Of a stretch of 64,000 nt of DNA, positions 1 through 13,719 are shown piece by piece. The translations under genes and the position numbers were made by a program. Numbering within the stretch: position 1 is the first letter of the stretch; each line of letters opens with the position of its first letter. The DNA lies in contig OY740781.1 in NCBI GenBank assembly GCA_963514005.1, forward strand, positions 179,056,001-179,120,000, given 5' to 3'. The DNA comes from Raja brachyura (Eukaryota). The notes under the pieces are model-generated. The model did no database searches, was not told the origin of the DNA, and saw only the letters and a list, made by a program, of their open reading frames with translations.

Positions 1-3000
1 GGAACCATGTACCAGCACCCCTACATCCCTTACTCCACCACGGCCCCAGGGCCCACATACAACATGAAAGTCCCATCTCAACCCGACCTCCCAAAATCTC
101 AAAACACCGCTCACCCACCGGCACCAAACTCCATCAGCTATTCCTCAGCCCACTTACCCAGCTGACCAAGATCCCACTGCAATCCTTGACAACCATCTTC
201 ACTGTCCACAATACCACCTACTTTAGTGTCACCTGCAAACTGCACGCTAAAACTGTCAATAGTTTATCAAACATATTTTTCTTTTGCAATAAATTATCTG
301 CTGAAGGAACTCCCAGCATCTGTGGGATGGAGGGGAGTAGTGATCAATGATTCTAACCAGTAGCGTCTAGGACTAGGAGTCATAGCCTCAGAACAAAATG
401 ACGGTTCTTTAGGAAGTAGATAAGGAGGAATTTCTTTAGTCAGAGGGTGGTGATTCTGTGAAATTCATTGCCACAGAGGCTGTGGAGGCCAGGTCAATGG
501 ATATGTTTAAGGCAGACATAGATAGATTCTTCATTAATATGCATGACAGGGGTGATGGGGACAAGGCAGGAGAATGGGGTTCAGGCGGAGAGATAGGTCA
601 ATTCTCGTGAACCTCCTCTGGAACCTCTCCAACACCAGCACATCTTTCTTCAGATATGGGGCCCAAAACTGTTCACAATAATCCAAAGGCAGTCTGACCA
701 GTGCTTTATAAAGCCTCAGCATTGCATCCCTGTTTTTGTATTCTTATCCTTTTGAAATAAATGTAACATTGCATTTACCTTTCTTACTACTGATTCCCCA
801 ATTTCTCAATATAACTAATGTATAAATCCAAGGATACCATCTACCCTTGTGCACCATTCCAAACTTGCCCTGCCAGAGACTTGTGTGTTCCCTCCTTCAG
901 TCCTGCCTCCTACTGTAATGTCACTCCTTCAGTTACAGTATGTTGCCCCTCTTCATACTCAAATATTTCTCTTCACATTTTGGTCCATGAGATTTCACTC
1001 ACCATGTGTCTGCTCACTTCACCAGCCTGTCTCTGATTCTTGTCCCTCCCTCAGTTTACACTATTATATGTTTCCATGTAGACTGACAAACCAACCTTTC
1101 ACCCAACTCTGTGCCTTGTCATCGCGTTAAATATACGTACAAACTGATTGTCCGTGTCGCAAGAGACACAATGCTGTTAATAAAGATGCAGTGATGGTGC
1201 ACTGAAAAGGCCGCTTGTCCCATCGTGTCTCTGTCAGCTCTGTGAACGTCCATCTATACATCAATCATACAACCCTCAGCAACTCTTTTTGTGAACTTAT
1301 CCAAGATCTCAATCAAGCAAAGGCCAGCATTTATTTCCACCTCTAACTACCCTTGATCCACTGTGTGATGGAGATATTCTCAAGATAGTGGAAGGTCGGG
1401 GGTTCTAATATATAGACCCTGTGATAATGAATAAAGGTTGAGTAATATGGGATGCAATATAATTCAGCTGCAGCTTCTGAAGGCCCACAAAGACTTCACC
1501 AAGACCCTCCTCAGTTCAGTTTTGTTTATTGTCACATGTACTGAGGTATAGTGAAAAGCTTTTGTTGCGTGCTATCCAGTCAGCAGGAAGACCAAACATG
1601 ATTGCAATTGAGCCATTTACAGTGTATAGGTACAGGATAAGGGAATAATGCTTAGTGCAAGGTGAAGCCAGCAAAGTCCAATCAAGGATAGTCCAAGGGT
1701 CACCAATGAGGTAGATAGTAGTTCAGCACTGCTCTCTGGTTGTGGTAGGATGATTCAATTGCCTGATAACAGCTGGGAAGAAACAGTCCCTGAATCTGGA
1801 GGTGTGCGTTGTACACTTCTATACCTTTTGCCTGATCGAAGAGGGGAGAAGAGGGAGTGGCCAGGGTGCAACTCGTCCTTGATTATGCTGCTGGCCTTGC
1901 CAAGGCAGCGTGAGGTAGAAATGGAGTCAATAGAGGGAAGGATGGATTGTGTGATGGTCTGAGCTGGGCTCTGTCCACAATTGGTTGCAATTTTTTGCGG
2001 TCTTGGATGGAGCTGTTCCCAAACCAAGCTGTGATCCATCTGATAAAATGTTTTCTTGTCATCACAATTCCCTTTAAGTATTACTGAATGTTTTTAAATT
2101 GTGAGAATTCTGCTCAATATAATGTCCCTGCCCTCGTTCACCAATGATAGAGTACAAATTGTGGTGGTGACCCCATGAGTTAGCACTCAAACTGTTTTTG
2201 ATTTCACAACACAATTAGAGCAGGTTGTTGCACAACATTTCACAACCTGTATTCACGGGCCATCGCTTCTCATGAGTTTATCTCCATCTTTAATATGTTT
2301 ATTTGTGTTCCATTGTCAAATCTTGCATCAAAGCAGACTGTACATTGAACATTACTGTCCTCTCAGGAATTTGCAGTCTTTCAGTAATTATCAGCACTCG
2401 GCTCCTTAGTTCACTCAGCGCTACTATCTGAAGAACACAAAACATATTTGTGTGTTGGTCCTATATTATTCCACATAATTAAGTGGAGAAAGAGCATGAA
2501 ATTAACTGTAATCCCGGCCCCATTTACTTTGCATACATTAGGCTGGTTGGTTACTCCTGGATCCACACAGTTTGCTTCACTGGAGCAATATCTTAATCTG
2601 TTCATCTATCAATGTTTATATCTGCGTGCAATTAGTGCTCCGCTTAATAAGTTCTTAATTGGTGATCGCAGCCCAGACCATCACAGAATCCAACATCTTT
2701 TCCATTGACTCCGTCTAAATTTCATGCTGCCTTGGCAAAGCCACCAGCATAATTAAGCACGAGTCTCACTCCAGACATTCCCTCTTCTCCCATCAGGGAA
2801 AGGGTACAGAAGTGTGAAAATGCATACTTCTAGATTCAGGGACAGTTTCTTCCCAGCTGTTATCAGCCAATTGAACCTCCCAATCACCAACTGGAGAGCT
2901 GCCCTGACCTACCATCTACCTCATCTGAGAACTACAGACTATCTTTAGTCGGACTTTACTGGATTTTATCTTGCATTAAATGTTATTCCCTTTATCCTGT

Positions 3001-3132
3001 ATTTGTACACTGTGCACAGCTCAATTGTAATCATGTATTGTCTTTCCACAGACTGGATAGCGTGCAACAAAAAGCTTTTCACTGTACCTCAATACACATG
3101 ACAATAAACTAGACTAAACTAAATATTACTGT

Positions 3133-3448
3133 GCGGCATGGTGGTGCAGCAGTAGAACTGCTGCCTTACACCTATTACAGTGTTGGAGACCAGGGTTTGA
3201 TCTACGGGTGCTAAATGTATGGAGTTTGTATGTTCTCCCCGTGACCACATGGGCTTTCTCCGAGATCTTCGGTTTATTCCCACACTCCAAATATGTACAG
3301 GTTTGTAGATTAATTGGCTTGGTATAAATGTAAATTATCCCTAGTGTGTGTAGGAAAGCATTAAAGCGTGGGGACCACTGGTCGGTACGGACTCAATGAG
3401 CCGAAGGGCCTGTTTCCACGCTGTATCGCTAAACTAAACTAAACTAAA
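3133..3448 (+). mobile_element. tRNA-derived HE1/V-SINE-like SINE (other copies about 12697-13011, 25912-27520 interrupted, 29598-29765, 36235-36415, 55833-56293)
   Basis: tRNA-like head ggcatggtggtgcagcagtaga...ggtttgatc, V-domain-like core tgtatggagtttgtatgttctccccgtgacc, (ctaaa)n tail. Confidence 0.8.
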
Positions 3449-4146
3449 GTAAAGGGTATTTTAAGTGGCTTTTGGAGAGGCACATGGATACACAGGAAAT
3501 GGGGGGATGCAGATTATGTACAGGCACCATCCTAAATACCAAAGGATTCCCATGAATCGAGTGGTACATAAAGGCTGGCACTGCCAATGACACTCACACA
3601 ACATGCTTCAACAGGACAAATGTCTGACAGGAAGTACACAGGACTCCATTTTATGAAAGCATCTTCTCAATGTGCATCCACAGACTGTGTGTGATGTTTG
3701 AGCAAGCAATCAATATACGGATCAGTCTGCAACGCTGGCATGTGGATCCCACCAATGGATCTCAACAGTGGAACCAAAACAGCTCACACATCTCAGCCCA
3801 AATAGAAAATACATCAGATTTTCCCCATCAATGCTACTTAGAGGGATAACACAATCCATAGTAACGTACATGATTGTTTATTTTAAGAACTGTTTTAGTT
3901 GCACTAAGGACTTGAGTGTTTTGTATTTTGCACTAGAATTGTAGTTATAAACTTATTTATTACATATTATCAATGTGTATTGTGTTTAAGGTCTGTTATG
4001 CTGCTGCAAGTAAGTATTTCATTGTTCCGTCGTTGGTACTGTAGGATCACTGAATCCTCAATGACTTGCTGAGTCCAGTGGAAACGTTTAAAACTTTTTA
4101 TTCAGGCACAATGGACATACGGCATCAGAGCAAAGCATTAAAATAT

Positions 4147-7100
4147 ATTTTTTTTAATTAAAAAAAATATTTTTATTAGAAGTCATACATTGTAGTGCAA
4201 ACCAAGAAAAATATAATACATTTCATGTACAACTTCTTGTTTTAAAATTTTATAATAAAAAAGTAGTAGAAGCAAAAAGAGAGCGAAAGATAGCTAGGTA
4301 AAGTGGTGGAAGTGATTGTTCGTGAAAAAGTACAAGAAAAAGCGAGAGAAGAAGAGAGAGAGAGGGAGAAAAATTTAAAAATAAAATAAAAGGGAGATAC
4401 CTGCTTCGTATCTTTGCGCACCCCTCACCCAGTTCTGAAACAGTTGGTTTCCAGGGTTATGTTGCACCATATGTTTGTAATAAATCGATAAAGGGAGACC
4501 AAATCTTTAAGAATTGGTCTGATTTGCCTGCTAGGACGAATCTCATATCTTCTAGGTGTAACATTTCCGACATGTTTGAAATCTACATTTTAAGCGTTGG
4601 TGTTGGTGCATTTTTCCAGAATTTTAACTTTTTTTTTCCGTTATTGACCCATAATTAAGGAAACTCTTTTGGAACGAAGTCAGCTCAGAGCCGACCTCCA
4701 TTGTTCCAAAGATAATCAGGTTCAATTTTATTTTAAATACCTTTGTAAAAATTTCGAAAATTTCCTTCCAAACCTTCTGAAGTTTTATGCAAAAGACAAA
4801 GGAGTGTGCTATAGTTGCATCTTGAGATGAGCATTTATCGCAGATGGGAGACACATTTGGAAACATTTTATTCAGTTTAGTTTTTGAGTAATATAATCTA
4901 TGTAAAAATTTGAATTGAATTAAGGTATGTCTTACATTTATCGAACATTTATGTACATATAGCAAACATTTATCCCATCTGTCTTTTGAGATATTTATAG
5001 ATAATTCTTGTTCCCAATCTCTTCTAATTGCATCAGACGGTGGTATCTCTATGTTTAAAATGATATTATACAAATATGATATTAAATTAGTAGAATCCGC
5101 CTTTCTTTTTTTTTTTTTTTGTTTATTTTTGTTAGAAGTAAGTACAATAGTGTGGTACTTGAGTACCTAATACATACATACATATTTCCATTCTTGTACA
5201 ACTTTGTATTTTTGATTTAATAATAAAAGAACAGTGGGAGAAAAAAGAAATAAAGAGTGTCGGAATAGATAGACAAGCGAGTAGAAACAGATAGCAAATG
5301 AAATAAAGGACATAGAAGAGAAGCTGAAAAGATTGAAATAGAAGGAGAAAGTAAAGAAAAGAGAGATTAGGAGAGATCTACCTATTTCGTATGTTTGCCC
5401 ATCCGTCACCCGGTTCTAAACCATTTAATTTCTAAGGTTATGTTATGTTACACCATATGCTTGTAAAAAGTTGATAAAAAAGAGACCAAGTCTTTGAGAA
5501 TTGGTCTACTTTGCCTAGTAGGAGAAATCTCATTTCTTCAAGATGAAGCGTTTCAGACATATTTGAAATCCACATTTTGAATGTTAGCGTGGTTGCGTTT
5601 TTCCAAAATTTGAGTATAAGTTTTTCTGCTGTTATTAGACCGTAATTAAGAAAAGCTTCTTGGAATATAGTTAGTTTACTTCCCTCTTCCATTGATCCAA
5701 AGATAATCAGTTCTGTTTTGGGGTTCAATTTTGTGTTAAATAGTTTTGTAAAAATTCCAAAAATTTCATTCCAAAATTGATACAGTTTTATACAAGAGAC
5801 AAAGGAATGTGCTATAGTGGCATTTTGAGTTAGACATTTGTCGCAGATGGGGGAAACATTTGAGAATATTTTATTCAGTCTAGTTTTAGAATAGTATAAT
5901 CTATGTAAAATTTTAAATTGAATTAAGTTATGTCTTACATTAATTGAACATTTATTCACATATAATAAATTGTTTTCCCATCTATCATTAGGAATTTTTA
6001 TCAATAACTCTTGTTCCCAGAATCCGCCTTTCTGTTCATAGCTTCATCTAATATATCTGAAGTCAAAGTTTTATGTTCTTTTGTATGTTTTTTCAAGAAG
6101 TCACAGATTTGAAGATATTTAAAGTATTGATTACTTTTCAGGTTGTATTTGAGTTGTAGTTGTTGGAATGATAAAGGTTTTCCCATTTCATACATTTCTC
6201 CAAACGTTTTAATTCTTATTCTTTCCCTATATGTAAACGTTTTATCGATAATAGATGGTTTAAACGACTAATTATTAATAATAGGAGAGAGAAGTGACAG
6301 ATTTCTTAATTTGAAAGTTAATTTTATTTGTTCCCAAATTCATATTGTACTATGAATAATTGGATTTTTCTTGTATATGTATTATTCAGCTTTATCGGTG
6401 AGAGAAGGATCGCTCCTATATTAAAACGAGAGCAGTCCTCTCTCTCCATTACTATCCAATCTACCCGTTAGGCAGAATTGTCCAACAAGTAAATTACATT
6501 TTTGATATTCGTTGCCCAGTGATAGTACAAAATATTGGGTAGTGTCAGTCTGCCGAATTCCTTGGGTTTACACAGGTGTCTTCTTTGAATTTTTTGGGAC
6601 TTATAGTCCCATATGAAATTTGTGGTATCAGAGTCGAGTTTAAAAAAAATATGTAGGTAAATATATTGGTATTGATTGAAATAAATATAAGATTTAAGGC
6701 AAAAAAAATCATTTTAATGGCATTTATTCTGCCTATTAAAGACATCGGTAGTGTTTTCCAAAATTTAATCAAAGCATTTAATTTAGTAAGTAAGGGCATA
6801 TAGTTTGCATTGAATAAAGATTTATATTTTCTGGTAATTTGGATACCCAGATATTTAAATTTTTCTGTAGCAAATCTAAAGGGGAATTTTAAAAGGTGTG
6901 TCGGTTCTTGCGGTTTTATCGTCATAATTTTGCTTTTATTCCAATTTATTCTATAACCTGAAAAGGATCCAAATTCCTCTATTAAATTTAATATATTTGG
7001 TGTGCTGATTTGCGATTTTGTAATATATAATAATACGTCATCTGCATATAGTGATATTTTATTTTTTGAATGTTTTGTATTATAACCATGGATGTTCGGA

Positions 7101-8110
7101 TGCTTTCTTATACTTTCTGCTAAGGGTTCTATCACAAGAACAAATAGCAGGGGTAATAGTGCACATTCCTGTCTATTGCCCCTGGATAGTTGAAATTTCA
7201 GAGAGAGTATATTATTAGTCAACATTCTAGCAGTCGCCTTGTCATATAATAATTTTACCCATAAGATAAAATTCTTTCCCATTTGAAATTTTTGCAATAC
7301 TTTGAAGAGATATTCCCATTCCACCTGGTTGAATGCTTTTTTGCATCCAATGAAACAATTGATTAGTCTTCCTCTTCAGTATTATATGAATACATTATAT
7401 TAAACAGACGTCTCAAATTATTGAATGAGTATCTCTTAGGTATAAACCCCGTTTGATCTGCATTTATTAATTTACTAACATATTTGCTCAATCTTCTTGC
7501 TAGAATTTTCACTAGTATTTTCTGATCTGTGTTTAACAATGCAATGTCCTTATATGAACTGGGATCTTCTGGATCTTTATCTTATTTCGGTGTGAGTGTA
7601 ATAGTTGATTCCGCTAATGTTTCTGGTAGTATTTGTTCTTTAAAAGCGTATGTGTACAATTTTTGTAGACGTGGTGAGATTGTCTCGTAGAATCTTTTAT
7701 AAAATTCATTATTAAATCCATCTGGTCCTGGCATTTTACCATTCTTCAGTGCATTTATTGTCTCTTCCATTTCTTTAACTGAGATCTGAGCTCCTAATTC
7801 CTCTTGTTCTAGCAGATTAAGTTTAGGGAAGTTACAATTATCCAAGCAATTTGTAACTTTAGTGTTATCTGCTGATGTTTTTGATGTGTATAAATTTTGA
7901 TAAAATTGAGCAAATCTTTTATTAATGTCTTCAGGTAATGTTAACAATTCACCTTTATCTGATTTAATTTTTGAAATCGTGTGATGCTTTTCCCCTTTTT
8001 GACATGCCAAGAGTTTATGTGGTTAATCGCTGAATTAAAATTTTTACTGTTTTGTAATTTGAAATAGCCTTATAAATCTTGTAGGTTAGATTCTGTTCTA
8101 TTTAAATTTC
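4147..8110 (-). mobile_element. 5'-truncated L1/Tx1-clade LINE (ORF2 RT and C-terminal Cys-rich domain) with a nested insertion
   Basis: ORF pieces with PGPDGF, RGNRQ, SLYADD, KYLGI and CDKC...HSFVFC; T-rich tail at about 4148; 13-bp TSD AGCATTAAAATAT at 4134-4146 and 8111-8123; empty site visible at about 15753. Confidence 0.93.
5107..6018 (-). mobile_element. Nested 5'-truncated LINE of a related L1/Tx1 subfamily
   Basis: Poly-T tail 5106-5120; ORF 5438-6004 is paralogous to 4624-5073; 15-bp TSD AGAATCCGCCTTTCT at 5092-5106 and 6019-6033. Confidence 0.92.
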
Positions 8111-11100
8111 AGCATTAAAATATCTTAACTAAAAATTGAAATTGAACATATCATAACTAACGGAACAAAAAACTATGGAACTAGAACTGAAAGACTAAAG
8201 ACTGAACATGACTTTTATGGACACACTGAACATAGAGTGATGAGGATGTATCAAGCTCCTCGCACCATGAAAGGATCATTGTTCACAGTTCTGGAGGAAG
8301 GGGTGGACTCAGTGGAATAATTACAGAGGTTCCCTGTGGGGGGGGGGGGGGGGGTACAAGGAGCAGGACGCAGGAGAGTCAGGTCACATGATGTTGGAGT
8401 CTGCATCGTGGAGGCTGTGGGCCTGGTGCTGAGCCGGGAACTCAGGTGAGTGATGGCTCCGGCCCGCCGGTGGGCGGTGGAGAGGCGAGGGTCGGTGGAG
8501 TCGCTGGTGGAGGCCCACGGGGGGCTGGAGTAAAGGTGCGGGTCAGCGGCAGGAGCATCTGTGGCCCAGGTCAGCGGATAAACCAGGGAGACGGTGAGAG
8601 TCGTGGCAGCAACGGCGGTGGACACGGGGAGGCAGCGATGGTCGGCGGCAGCAGTTTCGGTGTCTGAGGCTGGGATAAGCCAGGTCAGAGAGGCGGTGGA
8701 TGTTGTAAAGCACAAATATAAAACACATTATACAAATTATAAAGCACAATTGCATACCCCGTGGACCAACCCAATGACATCCCTGTGACCAAGACTGAAC
8801 ACAGCACTCCAAATGTGGCCCCACCAACGTCCTGTAAAACTGCAACACAACATTCCAAACTCCACGCTAAATACCCTGACCGCCAAGGGCCAATGTAGAA
8901 CAAGCCCTCTCCATCATCCTACCCACCTATGACACAACCTCCAGGGAACCATGTACCAGCACCCCTACATCCCTTACTCCACCACGGCCCCAGGGCCCAC
9001 ATACACCATGAAGGTCCCATCTCAACCCGACCTCCCAAAATCCCAAAACACCCCTCACCCACCTGCACCAAACTCCATCAGCTATTCCTCAGGCCATTTG
9101 CCCAGTTGATCAAGATCCCACTGCAATCCTTGACAACCATCTTCACTGTCCACAATACCACCTACTTAAGTGGCATCTGCAAACTGCATGCTAAAACTGT
9201 CAAATATATTTTTCTTTTGCAATAAATTATCTGCTGAAGGAACTCCCAGCATCTGTGGGATGGAGGGGAGTAGTGATCGATGATTCTAACCAGTAGCATC
9301 TAGGACCAGGGGTCATAGCCTCAGAATAAAATGATGTTTCTTTAGGAAGTAGATAAGGAGGAATTTCTTTAGTCAGAGGGTGGTGAATCTGTGAAATTCA
9401 TTGCCACTGAAGGCTGTGGAGGCCAGGTCAATGGATATGTTTAAGGCAGACATAGATAGATTCTTGATTAGTGTGCATGTCAGGGTTTATGGGTAGAAGG
9501 CAGGAGAATGTGGTTGAGGGGGAGAGATAGGTCAATTCTCGTGAACCTCCTCTGCACCCTCTCCAACACCAGCACATCTTTCTTCAGATATGCGGCCCAA
9601 AACTGTTCACAATAATCCAAAGGCAGTCTGACCAGTGCTTTATAAAGCCTCAGCATTGCATCCCTGTTTTTGTATTCCAGTCCTCTTGAAATAAATGCAA
9701 CATTGCATTTGCCTTTCTTACTACTGATTCTGCAAGTTCTCAATATAACTAATGTATAAATCCAAGGATACCATCTACCCTTGTGCACCATTCCAAACTT
9801 GCCCTGCCAGAGACTTGTGTGTTCCCTCCTTCAGTCCTGCCTCCTACTGTAATGTCACTCCTTCAGTTACAGTATGTTGCCCCTCTTCATACTCAAATAT
9901 TTATCTTCACATTTGGGTCCATGGGATTTCACTCACCATGTGTCTGCTCACTTCACCAGCCTGTCTCTGATTCTTGTCCCTCCCACAGTTTACACCATTA
10001 TATGTTTCCATGTAGACTGACAAACCAACCTTTCACCCAACTCTGTGCCTAATCAATGCGTTAAATTCACATACAAACTGATTGTCCGTGTCGCCAGAGA
10101 CACAATGCTGTTAATAATGATGCAGTGATAGTGCACTGAAAAGGCCGCTTGTCCTATCGTGTCTCTGTCAGCTCTGTGAACGTCCATCTATACATCAATC
10201 ATACGACCCTCAGCAACTCTTTTTGGTAAATTATCCAAGATCTCAATCAAGCAAAGGCCAGCATTTATTTCCACCTCTAACTATCCTTGATCCACCATGT
10301 GATGAGATATTCCCAAGATAGTGTAGCAGGGACCACGGAGCGCTTTTGAAAGTGGGGGGGGGGGGGGGGGGGGGTGAATGATCATAGATCACTGGCCTTG
10401 GGGATACCTGGCGAGGGAGTGGAGCGACTGAATGGGGGGAGGGTGTTGGAGGGATTTCACACTGCATCACTCTATGACTACATTATACCTCCACCATGCA
10501 TAAATGCTTCAAAATCAAGTGGTCGAGTTTTATTGCCATATACTCAAGCATAGAAACATAGAAAATAGGTGCAGGAATAGGCCATTCAGCCCTTTGAGGG
10601 AGTGGCCAGGGTGCAACTCGTCCTTGATTATGCTGCTGGCTTTGCCGAGGCAGCGTGAGGTATAAATGGAGTCAATAGAGGGAAGGATGGATTGTGTGAT
10701 GGTCTGAGCTGGGTTCTGTCCACAATTGGCTGCAATTTCTTGCGGTCTTGGATGGAGCTTTTCCCAAACCAAGCTGTGATCCATCTGATAAAATGCTTTC
10801 TTGTTATCACAATTCCCTTTAAGTATTACTGAATGTTTTTAAAATGTGAGAATTCTGCTCAATATAATGTCCCTGTCCTCGTTCACCAATGATAGAGTAC
10901 AAATTGTGGTGGTGACCCCATGAGTTAGCACTCAAACTGTTTTTGATTTCACAACACAATTAGAACAGGTTGTTGCACCACATTTCACAACCTGTATTCA
11001 TGAGCCATCGCTTCTCATGACTTTACCTCCATCTTTTATATGTTTATTTGTGTTCCATTGTCAAATCTTGCATCAAAGCAGACTGTACATTGAATATTAC

Positions 11101-13159
11101 TGTCCTCTCAGGAATTTGCAGTCTTTCAGTAATTTTCAGCACTCGGCTCCTTAGTTCACTCAGCGCTACTATCTGGAAAAACCCAAAAATATTTGTGTGT
11201 TGATCCTCTATTATTCCACATAATTAAGTGGAGAAAGAGCATGAAATTAACTGTAATCCCGACCCCATTTACTTTGCATACAGTAGGCTGGTTGGTTACT
11301 CCTGGATCCACACAGTTTGCTTCACTGGGGCAAAATCTTAATCTGTTCATCTATCAATGTTTATATCTGCGTGCAATTAGTGCTCCACTTAATAAGTTCT
11401 TAATTGGTGATCGCAGCCCAGACCATCACAGAATCCAACATCTATTCCATTGACCCTATCTAAATTTCATGCTGCCTTGACAAAGCCACCGTCATAATTA
11501 AGGACGAGTCTCACTCCACACATTCCCTCTTCTCCCATCAGGGAAAGGGTACAGAAGTGTGAACATCCATACTTCTAGATTCAGGGACAGTTTCTTCCCA
11601 GCTGTTATCAGCCAATTGAACTTTCCAATCACCAACTGGAGAGCTGCCCTGACCTACCATCTACCTCATCGGAGAAACACACACTACCTTTAGCCGGACT
11701 TTACCGGACTTTATCTTGCATTAAATGTTATTCCCTTTATCCTGTATTTGTACACCGTACACAGCTCGATTGTAATCATGTATTGTTTTTCCACAGACTG
11801 GATAGCGTGCAACAAAAAAGCTTTTCACTGTACCTCAGTACACATGACAATAAACTAGACTAAACTAAATATTACTGAGCGGCATGGTGGCACAGCAGTA
11901 GTGCAACTCGTCCTTGATTATGCTGCTGGCCTTGCCAATGCAGCACGAGGTATAAATGGAGTCAATAGAAGGAAGGATGGATTGTGTGATGGACTAATCT
12001 GTGCTCTGTCCACAATTGACTGCAATTTCTTACGGTCTTGGATGGAGCTGTTCCCAAACCAAGCTGTGATCCATCTGATAAAATGTTTTCTTTGCATCAC
12101 AATTCCCTTTAAGTATTACTGAAGGTTTTTAAATTGTGAGAATTCTGCTCAATATAATGTCCCTGCCCTCGTTCACCAATGATAGAGTACAAATTGTGGT
12201 GGTGACCCCATGAGTTAGCACTCAAACTGTTTTTGATTTCACAACACAATTAGAGCAGGTTGTTGCACAACATTTCACAACCTGTATTCATGGGCCATCC
12301 CTTCTCATGAGTTTATCTCCATCTTTAATATGTTTATTTGTGTTCCATTGTCAAATCTTGCATCAAAGCAGACTGTACATTGAATATTACTGTCCTCTCA
12401 GGAATTTGCAGTCTTTCAGTAATTATCAGCCAATTGAACCTTCCTATCGCCAACTGGAGAGCTGCCCTGACCTACCATCTACCTCATCGGAGAACCACAG
12501 ACTATCTTTAGTCGGACTTTACCAGACTTTATCTTGCATTAAATGTTATTCCCTTCATCCTGTATTTGTACACTGTACACAGCTCGATTGTAAGCATGTA
12601 TTGTTTTTCCACAGACTGGATAGCGTGCAACAAAAAAGCTTTTCACTGTACCTCAGCACACATGACAATAAACTAAACTAAACTAAATATTACTGTGCGG
12701 CATGATGGCACAGGAGTAGAGTTGCTGCCTTCACCTAATGCAGTGCTGGAGACCTGGGTTTGATCTACGAGTGCTATCTGTATGGAGTTTGTATGTTCTC
12801 CCCGTGACCATGTGGGCTTTCTCCAAGATCTTCAGTTTATTCCCACACCCCAAAGATGTACAGGTTTGTAGGTTAATTGGCTTGGTATAAATGTAAATTA
12901 TCCTTAGTGTGTGTAGGATAGCATAACTGCGTGGGGACCGCTGGTCGGTGCAGTTTCAGTGAGCCGAAGGGCCTGTTTCCGCGCTGTATCCCTAAACTAA
13001 ACTAAACTAAAGAGTATTTTAAGTGGCTTTTGAATAGGCATATGGATACACAGGAAGTGGGGGATGAAGATTATGTACAGGCACCATCCTAAATTCCAAA
13101 GGATACCCTTGAATCGAGTGGTACATAAAGGTTGGCACTGCCAATGACACTCATGCTTC

Positions 13160-13621
13160 TAAATAATACATCAGTGTACATCACATATATATTGTTACAA
13201 TCATTGGACCCCAAATGTTATGGCTTTTAAAGAAAGAGAATAGAAACAAAGAGAGTGAAGTAGGTGAAAAGAGTTGTGGAAGTGAAAGAGCGTGCCAAAG
13301 GAGAGGAAAAAAAAACCCCTTGGTCAAAGAGTTAGAGAAAGGGGATTAACAGATAGACCCTAGAAAAGAAAAAGAAAAAAGAGAGAGAAAAAAAAGCCAG
13401 TTACTATATTATATATATCACGCAAAAGGAATTTACCAACTCGATAGTTTTTCATCCCCCTTTACTAAGGCCCAAGGTACTCCTGCACCCTATCTTTGTA
13501 GCAATTCTATCAATGCAGACCACGTCTGATAGAAGCAATCTGATTGTCCTTCCAGGCGGAGTCTCATATCTTCCAGATGTAATGTTTCAAACATAGTTGA
13601 AATCCACATATTTACTGTTGG
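13160..13621 (-). mobile_element. Short L1/Tx1-like 3' fragment
   Basis: Minus strand encodes MWISTMFETLHLEDM, homologous to MWISNMSETLHLEEM of the 5.5 kb element; absent from block copies 1 and 3. Confidence 0.7.
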
Positions 13622-13719
13622 TGCACTAAGGACTTGAGTGTTTTTTATTTTGCACTAAAATTGTAGTTATAAACTTATTCATTATATATTATCAATGTGT
13701 GTTGTGTTTAAGGTCTGTT

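Larger units (their letters stand above)
1..8294. repeat. Segmental duplication block, copy 1 (begins before the window)
   Basis: Position 1 aligns with 8945 and 24301; shared unique and repeat segments are collinear up to cacagttctgg (8294 / 15931). Confidence 0.92.

Noticed and set aside
818-1130. Cys-rich ORFs repeated at 9752 and 24956
   Set aside because: Recurrence is explained by the segmental duplication; no domain or splice support, and copy 3 is deleted through them.
3133-3205. tRNA-like sequence
   Set aside because: SINE head attached to a V-domain-like core and tail; no intact cloverleaf.
8295-8770. GC-rich junction between block copies 1 and 2, possibly an LTR-element remnant
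   Set aside because: No paired LTR, PBS or recognisable protein motif could be confirmed.
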